The position numbers were made by a program, and so were the translations under genes. From Octopus sinensis (taxonomy: Eukaryota), in the NCBI RefSeq assembly GCF_006345805.1, contig NC_043001.1, positions 74,524,001 through 74,588,000 on the forward strand: a stretch of DNA of 64,000 nt. Reading direction: 5' to 3'. The notes beneath the pieces were generated by a model. It had not been told where the DNA came from and searched no databases. It worked only from the letters and a program-made list of their open reading frames with translations. How positions within the stretch are numbered: the stretch's first letter is position 1; each line of letters starts with the position of its first letter. Positions 1 through 11,189 of the stretch are shown in pieces.

Positions 1-254
1 TGAAATGAGATCAATAGAAAGAGTGACATTATAGAGTTACAGAGAAAAGAACCTATTTTCATGAGATTCTTGGCTTATTAAATTAGTATCATCTGTAAGC
101 ATCAATTAACATCATCAGTAAACATTAATATCTTTTATTTCCAGCAACTTTCTTTTCAAACTGACTTTAGCTCAACTATTTCCGGTCAACACTTCATATA
201 TGGTTTAATTAGACCCTACTATTTCTCCTCATTTCAGAGCTGACTAACTTTACT

Positions 255-645
255 TACTCTCTTTTACTTGTTTCAGTCATTTGACTGTGGCCATGCTGGA
301 GCACTGCCTTTTAGTCGAGCAACTTAACCCCAGGACTTATTCTTTGTAAGCCTAGTACTTATTCTATCGGTCTCTTTTGCCGAACCACTAAGTTACGGGA
401 ATGTAAACACACCAGCATCGGTTGTCAAGCAATGTTGGGGGGACAAACACAGACACACAAACATATATATATACATATATATGATGGGCTTCTTTCAGTT
501 TCCGTCTATCAAATCCACTCACAAGGCTTTGGTCGACCTGAGGCTATAGTAGAAGACAGTTGCCCAAGGTGCCATGCAGTGGGACTGAACCCAGAACCAT
601 GTGTTTGGTAAGCAAGCTACATACCACACAGCCACTCCTATGCCT
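255..645 (-). mobile_element. tRNA-derived SINE, family A
   Basis: Reverse complement of the family-A copies at 3871, 16366 and 46964: same head, internal (TA)n and GTCAAATGACTGAAACAAGTAAAAGAG tail. Confidence 0.85.
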
Positions 646-789
646 ACTTACTCATATATTTCAATTGTTACATGCATTCAGGCATCTAATTACATGCATC
701 ATTGGAACCAAATGTGACAGGTGCACAGAAACAATAAACAATAAGAGCACAAGAAATGTATAACTGCTATGCTGATGATGTCTACTAAT

Positions 790-893
790 GCTCAGGAGTC
801 ACAGAGTAACTGCAAAGGAGAGAAAAGATGCCAGAAAATTGTCTGAAGCTGTTGAGAAAGCAAGCCATTACATCTGGCTGAGAGAAGATGAGT
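790..893 (+). mobile_element. Fossil C-terminal end of an RLE-type non-LTR retrotransposon ORF
   Basis: One frame reads LRSHRVTAKERKDARKLSEAVEKASHYIWLREDE*, resembling the 'EAAEKASRWLWLKR' ending of R2/NeSL-like ORFs (from memory). Confidence 0.45.
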
Positions 894-1724
894 GATGCAG
901 CAAGATTAAGTGTTTAGGATGATACAAACATCTGGCCCAGAATTGCAACAAAGCTTGTGGTTTTATGAGGGAGTTTTGTTGGCAACATTGGTGGGTGGCC
1001 CTGGGTAACTTCAGTGTTGAATAGGAAGGGGCTGAAATACCTAAAGAGCTTCTTCACCATTTGATGAGACATCAACTCCAGTATTCAGACACAAAGTACA
1101 ACAGCACCCTCAGCATAGAAGTATTCACCCTCAATGATAAAAAAACAACAACAAAAAGAAACCATACCATATATTCTGTCTCTTTTAGAAAACTGAATAA
1201 CTTAAGTAATAGCCTTCTTTAAATAAGTATTATTTATTTGTTTTACTTCATATCCTATTTGGTGATCAACAGCATCCTTAGTTATAGGTTTCCAATAAAC
1301 CAATAACTGCATCACTGTATGATGGTGAGAATGATAAAGGAGTATCTGTAACTCGGTGTTGAACAAACATCACAAAGAACTTCATTGAAAGAACATTGCT
1401 TTTCCAATTGTCTTACTTATGTCTACATCTTTTGCTATCATAGAGTGGCAAAATTTACCTTATATATATGTAAACAGACACACATTACATAGATGATGAG
1501 CTTTCATACCATTCTTATTTATGAAATTCAGATCACAAAATATTGGTCAGTTGGTGGCTATAATATAAATACAGTGCAATATGAATCAAACATGGAACTA
1601 TGGGTTATAAAGTCAATTTCTTAACCACACAGCTATGCTTGAGTCCTTAAGGAAGTTGAAGAGAATTAGAAGAACACAATAGGGGAGAGCTCACAAGATA
1701 AAATAGTAATCTGCCAAGACTTAC

Positions 1725-1816
1725 CTTTGACACCAACGTATTCTTTGCTGACAATTTCCACCCTTTCTACATGATGTCTGTTCAATAGAGGTTCCAACCA
1801 ATTTTGGTTTTTAATC
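1725..1816 (-). CDS. H6PD: H6PD coding exon 2 (92 nt)
   Basis: AG acceptor at 1818-1817 and GTAAGT donor from 1724. Reads (R)IKNQNWLEPLLNRHHVERVEIVSKEYVGVK(G), matching H6PD NRHHVERVEI. Phase fits the upstream exon. Later exons lie outside the window. Confidence 0.9.
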
Positions 1817-2036
1817 CTACAATACATACATACATATATTACATACATGCATACATACGTATATACATCTATACCTTGATACTGTGTGGACTGGGATCCC
1901 AGGTGATAGGGCACTGACATTAGATAAGTGTTGAAGTCTTATAGTATGCAAATTAGTAGCCCAGTGCCCTGAAGCTACAGAAATGGTAGTGTATATAAAT
2001 GGATTGGCTGCTTGTTTCTCAAGGACTGGTCAAATG

Positions 2037-3740
2037 TCTGTTCGTCAGTTTGAGTTCGGTCGTGTTTTTTACGCTCGTAAAATTCGGTAAAAAAAGATCA
2101 AAAAGAATTGTTGTTGTTTTGGAAGTTTTGAACGGCGTTGAAACGGTTTCGCGTTCCGCTGGTTCTGCGCGTTACACTTTTTCTGTCTTGACGGCCGTTT
2201 TCGGCCTGTCAAACAGGAGGAAATGGATGACCACTACCTAGTGGAGGAGTCGGAGGAAGAATGGATATTTGAGAGCTTGTCGGAGACATCGAACTCTGAA
2301 GACGAGCAAATCGGTGATGTAAATAATGTGGAGACAAAAACAGGAAAACGTACGCAGGAGTTGCAAAAAAGAAGACGGAACAGGAAAAAGAAATAAACCT
2401 AGAAAAATTGCCAGGTTTCCAGAGGTATATGAGGAAGGACAGTGGCGAGGTGGAACTGGAACCACCACCAAAGAGAAAGGAATGGTACAATAAGAGGACC
2501 ATAATTTACAGGGTGTTCGTGAACGATAGAAAGAAAATAGAGATCGTAAACATGGAATGGATAGAGGAGGCCCTGAGAAGATCGGAGGAGGAAATCATTT
2601 TTCTGACTCGAGGATCGAAGTACGGTACTGTAGTGGTGCATTTTAAAAGTGAGACTGCAGCGAGGAGGATGGCGGTGAAGGCGGTGAAGTCAGAAAGGGT
2701 AACACTTTTACCTATGTACTTGAATAGAAGGATCACACGAGTAAGGGTGGAGGGAGTGCCACCAAACGTGGAGGCTGAGTGGATTGTGGCGGCTGTGATC
2801 AGCGGCCACGAGGAGAAAGTAGATATTCTTCATGCCTCGGTCAAGACCGAGGGCTGGAGAGGCGTAATAGTGGAGCTGAACGTGCAGGCGGAGAGCGAGG
2901 TACTGGTGGACCTGGCGGAGAGCATTAAATTGGGAGACGTGATTATGAGAGTGTGGGTGGAGGGCAGAGCTCCATGTTGTTACAAGTGTGGCCTGAGGGG
3001 CCACATAAGAGCCTTCTGCCCTCCCCCACCAAGAGAAAAGGAAATCGTTGAGGAAACTACAAAAGAGGAGGCCCCAAAAGAAGAAGAAATTAAAGAGAAG
3101 CAGACGGAAAGGGAAATGACAGAGGAGGAGGAGATGCAAAAAGAGTGTGAGGAGGGCAGAAAGAAGAGAAAAGGAAAGAAAAGGAAAAACTGTGCGAAGC
3201 CCCAACCCACCCCAATACCACCCACACCCTTGGAGACCCATCCTGCCCCCGCAAACAGCAATCCCACCCACTCCCCGCCTACAAGAAAAACGAAAACAGA
3301 CACACAGAACATACAAAAGCCCCAGTCCTACTTTTTATGTGTTGTGGGGAAGGGGGATACTGAGAACGCAAGAAGGCTTTTTGAAGACGATGTATGGCAG
3401 GAGTATGAGGACGGAAGTTATGCGGTATTCGATTTTGAACTCATGGGCTCTTTGATGAGCAAGTGCAATGAACTACGTATAAATTGTATATCAGCATTTA
3501 TGAAGGATGATATGATAGAGAGATATGAGAGAGAAATGAAAGGTGAGGTGAAAAACTTTGGAATTGTGATAGGAAACGGAAAGGTAAGTGATGCTGGCGG
3601 AGGGGGCCGTTAGCATCGCTTTCATGTTATCATTTTTTCATTTTAACATTCATTTAATCATAATTTTAATCGCATTGTTTTATGTCCCCCATGTTTTGTA
3701 ATGTTCCCTCTTCGTGGCCCCTAGTGGGTAATAAAGAAAT
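2037..3740 (+). mobile_element. ORF1-only (gag-like) non-autonomous non-LTR retroelement with 15-bp TSD
   Basis: Exact direct repeat AGGACTGGTCAAATG at 2022-2036 and 3741-3755. CpG-rich 5'UTR, one gag-like ORF, short 3'UTR ending AATAAAGAAAT. No endonuclease or RT coding sequence. Confidence 0.85.
2223..3613 (+). CDS. LINE ORF1p-like protein (RRM-like regions + CCHC zinc knuckle), with one frameshift
   Basis: ORF 2408-3613 contains CYKCGLRGHIRAFC (CX2CX4HX4C) preceded by RVWVEGR, as in Tx1/L1-type ORF1. The upstream frame from ATG 2223 joins it if one A is added to the A6 run at 2365-2370, giving 463 aa. Confidence 0.75.
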
Positions 3741-3870
3741 AGGACTGGTCAAATGATATAGATACCTCATAAAGGTCGAAAATTGATTAAGGTTGTTCAT
3801 CATTTTCTCAATCAACCAAGAAATAGTTAAACTTGCCATACTTCTGTCTATTGTGTAGGTTTGAATATAT

Positions 3871-4029
3871 ACAGGTGTGGCTGTGTCGTAAGTAGCTTGC
3901 TTCTCAACCACATGGTTCCTGGTTCAGTTTCATTGTGTGACACCTTAAGCAAGTGTCTTCTACTATAACCTCAGGCTGACCAAAGCCTTGTGAGAGGATT
4001 TGGCAGATGGAAACTTAAGGAAACCTGTC

Positions 4030-4061
<32 letters not shown>

Positions 4062-4275
4062 GTATGTGTGTTTTTCCCCTACCACTCCTTGACAACTGGT
4101 ATTGATATGTTTACAATCCCGTAACTTAGCTGCTAGACAAAAGTCACCAATAGAATAAATACCAAGCCTCAAAAAAATAAAAAAGTCCTGAGGTTCATTT
4201 GTTTGACTAAAACCTTTTAAGGTAGTACCCCAGCACAGCTGCAGTCAAATGACTAAAACAGGTAGAAGATAAAAG
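3871..4275 (+). mobile_element. tRNA-derived SINE, family A (CpG-decayed)
   Basis: Aligns with the 46964 copy; most CpGs are changed to TpG/CpA. Confidence 0.85.
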
Positions 4276-4599
4276 ATATGTGTATGTATAGAGAAAGAAA
4301 GGGAGTAAAACTTTAAATCCACTGAAATTATAAAATGCAAAAGGGATGAAAATAAAGCAAGAAATTTATAAAAACTTGTGATAGTCTGTGTTGTCAAAAA
4401 AATAAAGAAGATTAATAGTCAATGGAATTTTTAAAACGGTTGATAAACTTTTATAAAATTTATAAAAAAAAACAACTGATAAAATAAGACTAATTTGTAT
4501 GCTTGAGCATGGGGAGCTCTGAGTTCTGACTTTTTTGAAGAAATATAAGGTGTGTATTAAAATGCTGTGAATGAAGTTCCTCAACTTCATTCACACACA

Positions 4600-4985
4600 A
4601 ACTCACCTTACTTTATGAAAGGAAGACATAGTATAAAGTACCAAAAGATGACCTCAGGACACTGAACCTTTTGGAGATGACAAAGGACCTAGATGTACTC
4701 CAGAAAACCTGTCCTGTTGAGGTCACTTCCCTGGGTGAAGGGGAGTGGCCTGCAATAGTCTTGCACCATGTAAAAAGCACTTGTGACAGCACCGTGTAAT
4801 ATAGCTCTTGCTGAGGCTACATTAAAAACACCTGGCACACTGTGAATTAGTTGGCATTAGGAAGGGCATCCAACTGTAAAAATCAAACTAAATCAGACTA
4901 AAACCTGATGCAGCTCTCTGGCTTGCCAGCTCTGGTCAAAATGTCTAACTCATGCCAGCATGGAAAGCAGACGTTTAGGGATGTT
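4600..4985 (+). mobile_element. Degraded RTE LINE 3' end
   Basis: KDDLRTLNLLEMTKDLD-like remnant followed by the GGAAGGGCATCC...GCCAGCATGGAAAG 3'UTR seen in other copies in this window. Confidence 0.6.
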
Positions 4986-5291
4986 GAAACAGTTTTATTA
5001 GTACAAAGACATTATAGAGCTGGCAGTGGAAGAGTGGTAAGGAAAATACTATTGTCACTGGTATTTCATGTAATATGTTGTTATGGCATATCATGTTAGT
5101 GTGGGGAATAAGTGGTTCAATAGCAGTGAAATTTGTGAATTTTCCAAAACTGGAAGATAGAGACAACTGTGTAGGTTCTGTGTAGCTAGTGATTCAGTAG
5201 AAATAATTGAAGATTGAAAGTAATTGGAGGGGAAAATGTGGGCAAGAAGAAAGTAGTGGAAGAATAAATTTCTGTGAAAGAACATTGTATA

Positions 5292-5512
5292 CAGTAATCC
5301 CTTGACTATCACGGGTATTATGTTCCCAAACTCCCCATGATAGGTGAATATCTGAGAACTAGAAACAGTGCTGTACTATTTTTTTAAAAATTATTTTTAT
5401 AATTTGTATATATTCATTTTATTATAAATGCTAAACAACACCATGGAGGAATCAATGTAAGCTTAAGTAATAAGCTGCAATAGGTGAACTGCAATATGGC
5501 GAGGGATCACTG
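5292..5512. mobile_element. Tc1/pogo-type MITE
   Basis: Imperfect TIRs CAGTAATCCCTTG / CGAGGGATCACTG flanked by TA on both sides (5290-5291 and 5513-5514). Confidence 0.7.
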
Positions 5513-6390
5513 TATAGTGTTTAATATGGAACTTGTTTAGCAGATAGCCAGTTTCCATTATTCTTTACCATAGCCTGGAATGTATGTGCTTGTGACCAAT
5601 CCTAGACATTTAAAAAGCACTTTGCAGGATAGCATTAGGCAAACATTTTGTAAAGAGATAAAAGAACAACAGTTCAATGTCAATCTACTTCTTGATCCTG
5701 AAAGGAAATGGAAAGTAAGTGATACAGTCTTGACTATCTGAAGAATGTGGACTATTGATGTGTGTGTGTGTGTGTGTGTAACAGTATGTATTGGATTTTG
5801 CTGTTGAGTGTCTTTTGATTGTTTTTTTTTCTTATATGAAATGTAGTTGAGAAGTTTGATTTCCACTCACATGGTTTTGGGTTGTCCCACTACATGGCAC
5901 CAAGAATGGATTTAAACCTAGGACATTATCATCATTTAACATCTGTCTTCCATTCTGGAATATTTTGACAGCATCCAATGGGTTGGAGGACTGTGTTATG
6001 TTCCAGTGTCTGTTTTGGCATGGTTTCTATGGTTAGATGCCCTTCCTAATGCCAACATTTTATGTACCAAGTGCTTTTTCGTGGCATTAGCACTAGTAAG
6101 ATTATTCTGTAGCTTGCATGACTAAGATCCCTTTCTACTCAGTAGGGCTACAATAGAGAAGGAAGCAACTTTATGCTAGAAAATAAAAGGTTGTTAAAGG
6201 AATGAGCCAGAACAGGTATCTTGTTGTAGAAGACCTACATAGTTACTCACTTTGTACAAGTGTGAGTTTATAGTAATCAGAGTGAAGTTGGCGAGATAAA
6301 TAAACATAGATGCACAAATGTTTAAATCAGCACACTATTATTTCTATCAGTTTAGCTCGGTATTATTTTACTAAAAACATCACCACTTAC

Positions 6391-7046
6391 CTGAATGGTA
6401 GAATTTGTTTAACAACAGGTTTCTGCAAGTAATGGTCAACCCTGTAGATTTCTTCCTCTGCGTACCACTGCTCAAGAGACGAGGCTAAGGCTTCTGAAGT
6501 TTTACGGTCGTTGCCAAAGGGTTTCTCCAGAACTAATCGTATCCAACTGTTAGCCACATGTGATCGACAGTGTTTGTGTAAAAGCTGAGCTGTTTTCACA
6601 TATGTGGCTGGAGGAGTTGATAAATAAAAAATACGACCAGCAATGGGATTATCTGGGGAATGACCTTCTTCGTCAAGAGCCATTTGATGGGCTAAATTTT
6701 CATAGTCTTCTTCGACTTTCAGCTGGACATATCTAACAACTGTTATAAATCGTCTCTTATGACTTTCACATTGCATATTGTAACAAGTAACAGAACGGTC
6801 AATTATTTTCATGAGAGTGTCTTCGCCAAAAGTTTTATTTGCCCTTGCACCTCCAAAGAACAGAAAATAGGGACCTTTATTTTCGATTCCATTTTTATAG
6901 GTTTCAAACATGCTATGCCATAGGTATTTCTTAGCTAGGTCTCCGGTAGCACCAACCAAAACAACACTGATAAACTGATTGGTAGACACGGCTTGAATGA
7001 TGCATAAAAAGAATATTACAGCCAGAAAGTTCTGGCAAGAATTCAT
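6391..7046 (-). CDS. H6PD: H6PD (hexose-6-phosphate dehydrogenase, ER-luminal G6PD paralogue) coding exon 1
   Basis: Hydrophobic signal peptide, GATGDLAKKYL, RIFYLSTPP, EKPFGND and YRVDHYLQKPVVKQILPFR; GTAAGT donor from 6390. The start is ATG 7046 or 7058 (the TTG at 7091 in the ORF track is unlikely). Confidence 0.92.
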
Positions 7047-7058
7047 ATTAAATAACAT

Positions 7059-8595
7059 TTCTGGAAGACCTAAATGATATCCTTTGTACAAAACAACATC
7101 AATATTAAAAACAAACCACTTCGTTGAAGAATTGGTTTATGAAATTAATACAGCGAACACACCACTTTAAAGATATAATATTGTTTTTCAAGGATACAGT
7201 CTATCATACAATTAATGCCTTCGTCTTTTCAACATCACATTTGTTTGTTCCATTTATATTTACAAGTATGTATGTATGTAAATTACTTTAATACACAGCG
7301 GATAAGTTTTATAACGAACTACTTGATAGACGTCGTCCATCTAGCAGACTGCAAAAAGTCTTTACTGTGAAATTTACAATGTCAACAATAACATACACCG
7401 GTGTTTCCTTCGGTGGCGTATGCTCTACACATGTTATGCATATACAACAATATATAACCTTAGGGGAAAAACATGAAATTGAAATAAAATAAAAATTAAC
7501 TTTGTGTATAGTAAACTATATTTAAATCTCGGTAAAAAATAGTCCCTACTAGTTCAGTGAATTCGGCGTTCTCAAATACATTAAAACTCCTCTGTCCGGT
7601 GTAAAGCAGTGATTTTCCAATTTGTTTCTCTCTTTTAATTAGGGCTTGGGTTTTGAATAATTTTTATAATAATCATTTTGCCGTTAGTTTTCGTGTTTCA
7701 GTTATAATAAAAACAAGAAGGGGTCTTCAATATCCTGCCCTCCACTGTAAAATTTTATTCTTTCCTTTGTTTATATATTGTGATATGCAGTAATTGTATA
7801 GCCAAAAATAAATGAATTGGATATTGCAAAAATAAAAGAGCAGCAACTTATCTAATGTCCCCACTTTCTATAGACGTATAAAGAAAATATATATACGTCA
7901 GCTGTCGTTACATACTGTCTGCTCCATAGAAGTATTCAGCAGCAAATATACTTCCTCGTACTTTTATCACACACACAATGTATAAAATATATATGTAATA
8001 TATGAATTATATATAATATAATATAATATAATATAATATAATATAATATAATATAACTTCATACATTTTCAAACTGATATGTAATTCTACACGTGTTCTC
8101 TGTTTTGTCCAGTTTTCTAGTTTGATTTTGTAAAATGATAAACACTGTGAAGGCAAAAAATTATTTTTTTACTTGTTATCTATTTCAACAAAAAAATAAA
8201 GCTCAGTCCATTTTTCATTAAAAAAATTCTACACGTGAATTTTACACGTGTAAGGTTCCTTACTCACACACATAACATAAATCTATACATGCCAGTGATT
8301 TTTAGAACCATAATCTAAAACTATAGTCTATTTTTACTTAAAATGTGTAACTTAACCCTATCACTTTTCAAAGGGACAAAAAAGGAATTTTCACCTTTAT
8401 TAAAACATTATGGCTAGCATCAAATTAATAAGTAGTGTTATTCTTTCTGATTTTATGATTTATTTCTTGAATATTTTCAACAATGTAAAAGTAAAATATT
8501 CCAAGTATAACATCTTTAACTATTGAGCCTTGTCGCCATCCATATTTACTGCTCTCCTATAATTTCAAACTGTTATTTCCGTTTTGTGATCCAGC
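7059..8595. promoter_or_regulatory. Putative bidirectional promoter region of H6PD / POLR1F
   Basis: About 1.5 kb between divergent start codons; retains CpGs; CACGTG at 8090, 8232 and 8245. TSSs were not determined. Confidence 0.5.
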
Positions 8596-8774
8596 ATGTT
8601 TAATAATTTAGCGTTAGGGATTGAAAAAGCTAAATTACTTTTAGATGATCCCGCATCATTATGTATACAAAAAGACAGCGAAGAAGAAATAGCTATTCCG
8701 CCTGCTTTTATTGGCAAGTTGAACGAAGGTATTAGATTTCGTTTGGATTCTGAAATCAACACATTTTCTCCTCG
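8596..8774 (+). CDS. POLR1F: RNA polymerase I subunit RPA43, exon 1
   Basis: EIAIPPAFIGKLNEGIRFRLDSEINTFSPR matches RPA43 HIALSPRYL..GIREQLDAEL (from memory). Donor CG|GTATGT at 8775; phase 2 joins exon 2. Confidence 0.85.
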
Positions 8775-10659
8775 GTATGTATTCAGAAAACGAGCACATG
8801 TATTTTGTTAACTTCTTCCTATTCTGTTGAAGCAGTTTTAAGTCTTATGTACTGCACATCATTTTTAACACGAAGCTGTTCCAGATTATAAGTACCTTGT
8901 TTTATGACTTATTTCTGATTATTAGTTTTTTTTCCATCATAGAGACCTGATGAGGTTTTAACACTAGGCGAATCGTGATGAAGTAAATTTGTAAACAAAG
9001 ACGTTCCTTCCGTGACTGACATCTTTTATTGAAACATACTATGCCGAGTTCTACATTCTAACGTTTATTTCTTTTTCTCCAGGTCAGTCTTGATAGGGTA
9101 GACCAATGAGTTAAGGTGTTCCAATCGTGACTGTCGCATTTGGCCAAACAGTGAATCAAAGGTTACATTATCCAACTTGATAGAGCAAATCTATAATCAA
9201 AGTTGTTCTAACCGTGACCATCACATCAATGACTACAAGATCTAGTATTGTTATTGATGTTTAACCCTAGGTTAGCACTGTTCCCATAAGCCTGTGATCA
9301 AAGATACTCAAGTCTTGATCATCTTGTCTTGTCTTTAAAATGTAGTGTATTTGGAATGAGAGGACAGTATTATAAACGTTTCTGCATTAGTTTGCATCAT
9401 CAGCACAGCAGTTATCTATTTCTCGTGCTCTTAATGCTTGGTTTCTGTGACACTTGCCACGTACACGTGTAGTCTACATTTTCCGTTAATCTGCCTGTAA
9501 TCAGTAAAATTCTTGTGTTTACACTGGATACACTATAAGGAAATTATACTTATTTTCTTCATATCGAACATAGTCATTTCCCTGATAGTAGCAGGGTACT
9601 GTCTTCTCTTGTATTTACTGAAACTTTGGCTTTTGCTAAATTTGCTTCGAGGCCTCCCGTGTCGCTCAAGGACTTCAGTTTGAATAAATTTCATCATATT
9701 TCATATTTAGATGCTTTTATTAAATTCATTCATTTGTTAAACATAAATAAATCTTAGAATTAAATGGTTTTGATTTACTGTCAGGTGACTTTTGGCCAAC
9801 CCTGTATATCTAGATTGTTAGCATATGGAAATTTCTGTGAATAACTGGTCTTAAGAGAATATTAATTCTTTTTACTATAAGCACAAGGCCTGAAATTTGG
9901 AGGCATGGAGCTGGTTGATTACATCAAGCCCAGTGCTACCAATCTTATTTTATTGACACCAAAAGGATGAAAGGTAAATTTGACCGAGGTAGGATTTGAA
10001 CTCAGAACATACAGAGCTAGAACAAATATCACAACTCTCCAACACTCAACCAATTCTACCATTGCCATGGAAGTATGCAATGAAGAACAGTTTACAGTTT
10101 GTTGAGAGGTTTACATAAAAATACTGTAGGGGAAATGAGATAAAAATGATATATTATATACAAAATATATGAATACCTGGATGATGCAGTCCTAAGTAGA
10201 ACCAATCAAAGAACCCCACAGATCTAAGATCACTCACGCTAAGTACACAATCTCTCCCTCAATCTACAGTCACATGCTTAGAATAATTCAATTCACCCAA
10301 ACCATTTTCGTGTCACTCATCTTTCAGCAAATTCACTGAGGCTAATGCATTTTGCTCTCCATCCTTATTTTTTTATGAAGTGGAATTTAAGTTGATGAGG
10401 GCTTCGCTGAAGAGGAAAGTGTCTGCTACCACATAACCACTTTCACCATAGCCACCAGACAGAGGAACACTGCTTGCCTCGCTGAAGGTGGTGAGACAAT
10501 CTACATGATGGGCTTGACTAACAGTCAGATCCATCCTACACAACACTACAGTTGTTTGATATTACTTTACAAGTCAGCAATAATAATAATAATAATAATA
10601 ACACTAATATTAGATATTTCTTTTTCATTTTCAAATCAGTTTTTGTTGAAATTTCCAAG

Positions 10660-11040
10660 TAGGTGCATGCATGGCTGTGTAATAAGCAGTTTGCCTCCCA
10701 ACCACATCGTTCTGGGCTCACTCCCATTGCGTGGCACCTTGGGCAAATGCCTTCTACCATAGCCTCAGGCTGACCAAAGCCTTGTGAGTGGATTTGGTTG
10801 ACAGAAACTGAAAGAAGCCTGTCGTATGTGTGTGTCATTGTCCCCCACCACTGCTTGACAACTGGTGTTGGTGTGTTTACATCCTTGTAACTTAGCAGCT
10901 CAGCAAAAGAGAATGATAGCATAAGTACCAGGCTTAAAAAGAAGATAAGTACTGGGATTGATTAGTTCAACTACAATTCTTCAAGGTGGTGCCCTACTAT
11001 GGCCGCAGTCAAATGTCTGAAACATGTTAGATAAAAGATA
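10660..11040 (+). mobile_element. tRNA-derived SINE, family A (CpG-decayed)
   Basis: Same head, body and tail as the other family-A copies. Confidence 0.8.
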
Positions 11041-11189
11041 TGTAATAACATGTATGACCTTTCAACATACATGTAATTACTAAATATATTATACAATGTA
11101 ATAATCAAAACTCTCAAAATCAAGATAATTCAAAATATCAATATAATACATAAGTTTCTTAATTCATTGAACTGAAAGGCAATGCAGTA

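Noticed and set aside
2214-2225. AGGAGG just before ATG 2223, resembling a Shine-Dalgarno site (bacterial origin or contamination)
   Set aside because: The spacing is only 2 nt, the ORF is eukaryotic LINE ORF1-like, and it sits in a spliceosomal intron with a TSD.
7047-7091. TTG-initiated N-terminal extension of H6PD in the ORF track
   Set aside because: In-frame ATGs at 7058 and 7046 directly precede the signal peptide; the extension is probably UTR or intron.
8941-9025. Possible C/D snoRNA or hammerhead ribozyme in POLR1F intron 1 (CTGATGA 8947, GTGATGA 8975, CTGA 9016)
   Set aside because: Hammerhead stem II and GAAA are missing. As a snoRNA, the C box is non-canonical, the terminal stem is about 3 bp, and the match to 18S ACGGAAGG is only 8-9 bp with a mismatch next to box D. 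A snoscan or Infernal run would settle it.
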